IMG/VR virus record: IMGVR_UViG_3300027969_000082
Coordinates: 9,132-73,131 of that record
DNA: 64,000 nucleotides
Direction: 5' to 3' (one strand)
From: a virus
Shown: piece by piece, positions 59,449-64,000 of the stretch
How positions within the stretch are numbered: the first letter of the stretch is position 1
Layout of the letters: each line of letters begins with the position of its first letter
Position numbers and translations under genes: made by a program
Notes under the pieces: generated by a model
Told to the model about the DNA's origin: nothing
What the model saw: the letters and a program-made list of their open reading frames with translations, nothing else
Databases searched by the model: none

Positions 59449-60528
59449 ATGGCAACAAAAGCATTTGACTTATCTAAATTCCGTAAAACCCTAACCAAGA
59501 GCATTGATGGGTTAGGCGTTGGCTTTAATGATCCTACAGACTGGATCTCAACAGGCAATTATGCTCTAAACTATTTGATTAGTTCGGACTTTAACAAAGG
59601 TGTGCCACTTGGTAAAGTGACAGTCCTTGCAGGTGAATCAGGCGCAGGTAAAAGCTATATCTGCTCCGGTAATCTTATCAAAGCTGCTCAACAACAAGGC
59701 ATCTATGTAGTGTTAGTTGACAGCGAAAATGCGCTCGATGAAAAATGGCTCCATGCATTAGGTGTTGATACTAGCGAAGATAAGTTGTTAAAACTTAACA
59801 TGGCTATGATTGACGATGTGGCAAAAACCATCAGCGAGTTCATGAAAGAATACAAGACAATGGATGAAGCAACTCGTCCTAAAGTTCTTTTTGTAATCGA
59901 CTCATTGGGCATGTTGTTAACTCCTACAGACGTTAACCAGTTCGAAGCAGGTGAAATGAAAGGTGACATGGGTCGTAAACCTAAGGCATTGACTAGTCTT
60001 GTTCGTAATTGTGTAAACATGTTTGGTAGTTATAATGTTGGATTGGTTTGTACTAATCACACCTACGCAAGTCAGGACATGTTTGATCCTGACGACAAGA
60101 TTTCAGGTGGTCAAGGTTTCATCTATGCATCAAGCATTGTTATTGCTATGCGTAAATTGAAATTGAAAACAGACGCAGATGGTAATAAGACTACTACTGT
60201 TAACGGTATTCGTGCAGCTTGTAAGATTATGAAAACTCGTTATGCAAAGCCATTTGAGTCTGTCCAAGTTGAGATTCCTTATGCAACAGGTATGAGTCCG
60301 TACAGTGGTCTTACTGACCTGTGTGAAGCAAAAGGTATTCTTACCAAAGATGGTAACAGACTTAAATATGTTTCTATAGGTGGTACAGAAATTAAAATGT
60401 ATCGTAAGGAATGGGAACGTAATGAAGAAGGATGCCTTGACAAAGTCATGCTTGAGTTTAATGATGTTCGCTCAGTTCCTACAGTACAACTTGCAATTGA
60501 CGAAGAAACTGGAGAAATTATAGAATGA
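59449..60528 (+). CDS. uvsX: RecA/UvsX recombinase
   Basis: ISTGNYALN, GESGAGKS, DSENALD, VIDSLG, NHTY, ISGGQG. Confidence 0.95.
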   Translation: MATKAFDLSKFRKTLTKSIDGLGVGFNDPTDWISTGNYALNYLISSDFNKGVPLGKVTVLAGESGAGKSYICSGNLIKAAQQQGIYVVLVDSENALDEKWLHALGVDTSEDKLLKLNMAMIDDVAKTISEFMKEYKTMDEATRPKVLFVIDSLGMLLTPTDVNQFEAGEMKGDMGRKPKALTSLVRNCVNMFGSYNVGLVCTNHTYASQDMFDPDDKISGGQGFIYASSIVIAMRKLKLKTDADGNKTTTVNGIRAACKIMKTRYAKPFESVQVEIPYATGMSPYSGLTDLCEAKGILTKDGNRLKYVSIGGTEIKMYRKEWERNEEGCLDKVMLEFNDVRSVPTVQLAIDEETGEIIE

Positions 60529-60773
60529 ACGAAAATCATATTGGTGATATTTGGATGTTGTTTAAAGAGTACGTTGATAAAAAAGTACTCGATGTATTAG
60601 CAGAACGATACGTTGATCTGTTGGCAGATCACGGTATCAGCGATAAGGTTATGGCCAGTGCCTCTGGTGTTGACGAAGACCTTGACAATGCTATTGACTT
60701 CTATCTCGATGAAACAAGTGACGAAGAAGATTTAGACGAAGAAGATTTAGATTCATACGAAGATGACGAATAA
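60525..60773 (+). CDS. Small acidic hypothetical protein
   Basis: GGAG SD, ATGA overlap with uvsX, D/E-rich tail. Confidence 0.6.
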   Translation: MNENHIGDIWMLFKEYVDKKVLDVLAERYVDLLADHGISDKVMASASGVDEDLDNAIDFYLDETSDEEDLDEEDLDSYEDDE

Positions 60774-60776
60774 TTT

Positions 60777-61232
60777 ATGACTTGGTATACAAAAGTTTCA
60801 AAAGACATTTCGTATATTCCCGATGCCGTGGCACACTATGAGCTTGAATTACAGGCAGCAAAAACAGATGCTCGCATAGCGGGAAACATTGAAAAAGCCG
60901 CTGCCAGGATGCCCGGCATTGTGGAAGAACGATTTGGTCAGCTACAAGAAATTGAAGCAATTTTGGAATATTTAAATATCGAGTTGCGTCGTCTTAAGAG
61001 TCAACATTTTCGAAAATACTTAGAAAACTATCAAAGGGCTCTTTCCTCAAGAGATTGTGAAAAATTTGTTGAGGGAGAGTCTGATGTAGTAGACTTTGAA
61101 AAAATTATTAACGAGTTTGCCCTACTACGTAACAAGTGGCTTGGCATTACTAAGGCATTAGATCAAAAACAATGGCAATTAACTAACATCGTTAAACTTA
61201 GAGTAGCTGGCATGGAAGATGCCACGTTATAA
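60777..61232 (+). CDS. uvsY: UvsY-like recombination mediator
   Basis: Helical 151-aa protein near uvsX; KFVEGE and KQWQLTNIVKLR resemble the UvsY C-terminus. Confidence 0.7.
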   Translation: MTWYTKVSKDISYIPDAVAHYELELQAAKTDARIAGNIEKAAARMPGIVEERFGQLQEIEAILEYLNIELRRLKSQHFRKYLENYQRALSSRDCEKFVEGESDVVDFEKIINEFALLRNKWLGITKALDQKQWQLTNIVKLRVAGMEDATL

Positions 61233-61241
61233 TCATAAAAC

Positions 61242-61270
61242 TTGACCTTTAACTAATACTCTAGTATAAT
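61242..61270 (+). promoter_or_regulatory. Sigma70-type promoter TTGACC-N17-TATAAT
   Basis: -10 box ends 6 nt before the ATG at 61277; no SD present. Confidence 0.75.
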
Positions 61271-61276
61271 TTAACT

Positions 61277-62452
61277 ATGATAACAGTAGACACATTGCTC
61301 ATAGAGCTGTTCTGTCAAGGCATTGAAACACTAAGCTCTCAAATTCCTAATAGAGATAAAAAAGTTTTAATCAGTCTTGCTAGACAAATTAACTCTGGTC
61401 ATTTTTTGACCGAAAATCAGTCAAAATTACTGATAAAAATTCTCAAAGAACATGCTTTGAATATATTTGAACCAACCTCTAATCTACATGCAGTTATTGA
61501 AAATCCAGTGTGGAGTTCTTCTTTTAGAGTAATTGAACAGGTTAGAAAAATTTGGTTGTCAGCTGAATACGATAGTCGAATTTTAATAGAATTTACCTAT
61601 AATAAGAGACTAAGACAGCATATCACCGACCTAAGTAAAACTATTGAAGGTCAGCTATTAGCAATCAACACTAAACAGTATAGTGCAACACTTACTGAAA
61701 AAAATATCCATCAAATAGTAGAAACCTTCAAAAATCAAGGTTTTGAAATATCACCAGAAATCATGGGATTTTACCATGAAATTTCAGAAATACGATTAAA
61801 ACAGTCAACCCAGTTCAATGTGTTTAATTTAGTAAATGACAAATTAGTTACAGCAGTAACCACTGACATTGGAGAGGTTTCTGAGAATAATTTAATTCTA
61901 CTCAACGATCGACGTCAGAAATTTCAATACTCAATTTTCCAGAAAAATCCGGAAAATTCACTGAAAAATTCACTGGCAAATAGACCATCAACTCGAGTAT
62001 GGATTGATAGCAATACTAGGTCGCTCGACGAAGTGGTTAGTGCTTTATACGAACTAAATCGATTACCTGTGATGATTGTCTTCAATGGACACGAGTCAAA
62101 GGAATGTTTGCAAAATCTCAAAAAATTGGAAATTTCACTGAAAAATAGCAATATTAACAACATTGGAATTTATTTTAGATTTGACAGTGTTAGTGATAGC
62201 AATAAAGATTTTAACTCATCAATTTCTCAACTAGGCTACAATTCTAAATTGACTCATCAAACACAAGTAGCAGGTATTGCAAATAACAAACTGCCAAAAT
62301 TCATGCTAAAAAATGGTTGGTATCCAAGTAGTGTTATTAGTTTTTCAAATAATTTTAAAAGCAATAAAACCAGTGTCTATTGCGATGCAGTTGATTTGAT
62401 AGTATACTACAATGACAAACGTCCCTTAGGAGGGGTAGATGCCATCGTGTAA
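61277..62452 (+). CDS. Hypothetical protein (391 aa)
   Basis: Long ORF with its own promoter; overlaps the uvsW start. Confidence 0.65.
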   Translation: MITVDTLLIELFCQGIETLSSQIPNRDKKVLISLARQINSGHFLTENQSKLLIKILKEHALNIFEPTSNLHAVIENPVWSSSFRVIEQVRKIWLSAEYDSRILIEFTYNKRLRQHITDLSKTIEGQLLAINTKQYSATLTEKNIHQIVETFKNQGFEISPEIMGFYHEISEIRLKQSTQFNVFNLVNDKLVTAVTTDIGEVSENNLILLNDRRQKFQYSIFQKNPENSLKNSLANRPSTRVWIDSNTRSLDEVVSALYELNRLPVMIVFNGHESKECLQNLKKLEISLKNSNINNIGIYFRFDSVSDSNKDFNSSISQLGYNSKLTHQTQVAGIANNKLPKFMLKNGWYPSSVISFSNNFKSNKTSVYCDAVDLIVYYNDKRPLGGVDAIV

Positions 62453-63899
62453 ATTAATCATCCAAGATGAGGTAAATCTTAAGGTAGAAGGTCTTCCTGT
62501 CGAAATTCGACGCAAATTAGCAAATACATTTAAGTATGAAGATCCAACCGCAAGATATCGCCCTGCATACAAGCTAGGACGATGGGATGGTGCAATTACA
62601 CTATTCGGATTAGGAGGTAACGGCTACCTAAGTCAACTGCCAAAAATTCTAGAAGTCCTGGAAAAAAGCGGTGTTGAGATAACAGACATTGTTGATAATC
62701 GCGCAGCCATTAATTTACAGTTTCCTAAAGTTGAAGCAGACTTTTGGGGAGATCAATGTTGGCCAGTTGGGCATAGATTTGCAGGCGAGCCTATTAGACT
62801 ACGCGAAGACCAAGTTGAAGTAGTAAACAAATTCCTTGAAAATCCACAGTGTTTGCAGGAGATTGCTACAGGCTTTGGTAAGACAATTACCACTGCTACA
62901 CTAGCAAAGATTTGTGAACCGTATGGTAGAACATTTACTATTGTACCAAATAAAAGTCTTGTTGAGCAGACAGAAGAAGATTTTATTAATTGTGGTTTAG
63001 ACGTAGGGGTTTACTACGGTGACCGTAAAGATCTGTACAAAACTCACACTATTGCTACTTGGCAAAGTCTTAACATCCTTGACAAGAAAAGTAAAAATCA
63101 CGAGCATGATGTATTAACGCTTGCAGAATTCCTTGATGGCGTCACAACAATTATGGTAGACGAAGTACACATGGCCAAAGCCACTGTATTGCGTAACTTG
63201 CTAACACAAAACTTTAATAATGCACCTATTCGTTGGGGATTAACTGGTACTGTACCTAAAGAAGATTTTGAAGCACAGCAAATTTTTGTAAGTCTTGGAC
63301 CATGTGTACATGAAGTTCATGCACATGAACTACAAGCGCAAGGAGTGCTATCTGCATGCCATGTAAACATAACACAATTAATTGACTTGCCCGAGTTTAA
63401 GTCATATGCAGAAGAATACAAATATCTTGTCACTGATGAAGATAGGATGATTTTTATATCAAAATTAGTAAACGGCATTAGTAATAGTGGTAATACTCTA
63501 GTACTAGTTAATCGAATAGAGACAGGTAAATTCATTGTTAACGAAATTCCAGATAGTGTCTTTATTTCAGGAGAAGTGAAAACAAAAGATAGGAAAAGTG
63601 AATACGATGAAGTTAAAACTGTTGACAACAAGATTATTGTGGCGACTTACGGTGTGGCCGCTGTGGGTATTAATATCCCCCGTATTTTTAATCTGGTTAT
63701 GGTGGAATCCGGAAAGAGCTTTACAAGGGTTATACAAAGCATTGGGCGAGGCATTCGACGTGCAGATGACAAAGACTTTGTCCAGATCTGGGATGTCACA
63801 AGTACCTGTAAATACGCCAAACGCCATCTTACCCAACGTAAGAAGTTTTACAAGGACGCTAAGTACCCGTTCACGATTGAGAAAATAGACTGGAAATAA
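62439..63899 (+). CDS. uvsW: SF2 DNA helicase (UvsW-like)
   Basis: ATGFGKT, DEVH, GLTGT, QSIGRGIR; GGAGG SD. Confidence 0.9.
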   Translation: MPSCKLIIQDEVNLKVEGLPVEIRRKLANTFKYEDPTARYRPAYKLGRWDGAITLFGLGGNGYLSQLPKILEVLEKSGVEITDIVDNRAAINLQFPKVEADFWGDQCWPVGHRFAGEPIRLREDQVEVVNKFLENPQCLQEIATGFGKTITTATLAKICEPYGRTFTIVPNKSLVEQTEEDFINCGLDVGVYYGDRKDLYKTHTIATWQSLNILDKKSKNHEHDVLTLAEFLDGVTTIMVDEVHMAKATVLRNLLTQNFNNAPIRWGLTGTVPKEDFEAQQIFVSLGPCVHEVHAHELQAQGVLSACHVNITQLIDLPEFKSYAEEYKYLVTDEDRMIFISKLVNGISNSGNTLVLVNRIETGKFIVNEIPDSVFISGEVKTKDRKSEYDEVKTVDNKIIVATYGVAAVGINIPRIFNLVMVESGKSFTRVIQSIGRGIRRADDKDFVQIWDVTSTCKYAKRHLTQRKKFYKDAKYPFTIEKIDWK

Positions 63900-63908
63900 T
63901 AATAAAAT

Positions 63909-64000
63909 ATGCAAATACTAACCTTAGACAATCAAGCATTTGACTTGAATAATTTACCCGACGAGGTAGATGACAGCATGAGATTTGCTGTATTAGATAA
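63909..64000 (+). CDS. Hypothetical protein, 3' truncated (MQILTLDNQAFDLNNLPDEVDD...)
   Basis: ATG 10 nt after the uvsW stop; frame is open to the window end. Confidence 0.55.
   Translation, partial: MQILTLDNQAFDLNNLPDEVDDSMRFAVLD

Noticed and set aside
54013-63899. Inteins or introns in terminase, UvsX or UvsW
   Set aside because: Lengths are ordinary, motifs are contiguous, and no intein splice-junction or LAGLIDADG signature was seen.
1-64000. Stop-codon reassignment (alternative genetic code)
   Set aside because: Conserved genes are full length under the standard code and coding density is high without readthrough.

Overview
This window is part of a large, AT-rich T4-like myophage genome (contractile tail), probably environmental or aquatic; the host cannot be determined from this window. 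Bases 1-31.5 kb encode giant repeat-rich virion/fibre proteins (>737, 2592, 2707 and 3495 aa) and small structural proteins. Bases 31.5-40 kb hold three Cys/Gly-rich adhesin-like genes, each followed by a chaperone-like gene, then a GmhB-like pseudo-phosphatase, a GT9-like glycosyltransferase, a NodU-type carbamoyltransferase, a 2OG-Fe(II) oxygenase and an SGNH-like gene. Bases 40-58 kb are T4-type morphogenesis genes (gp15, gp14, gp13, gp18, gp19, gp4, gp16?, gp17) plus dNMP kinase, Nudix and HNH-like genes. Bases 58-64 kb are gp32, uvsX, uvsY and uvsW. The most striking observation is that the 3495-aa virion protein carries eight helical repeats whose core (e.g. CARDIGYILDGIRYDITYGG) matches the bilin-attachment helix of phycobiliproteins (phycocyanin alpha CARDIGYYLRMVTYCLxAGG) in residues and spacing, with six of them in alternating A/B pairs. 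This suggests a possibly chromophore-binding virion fibre. All product calls come from motif recognition by eye; no database search was run.
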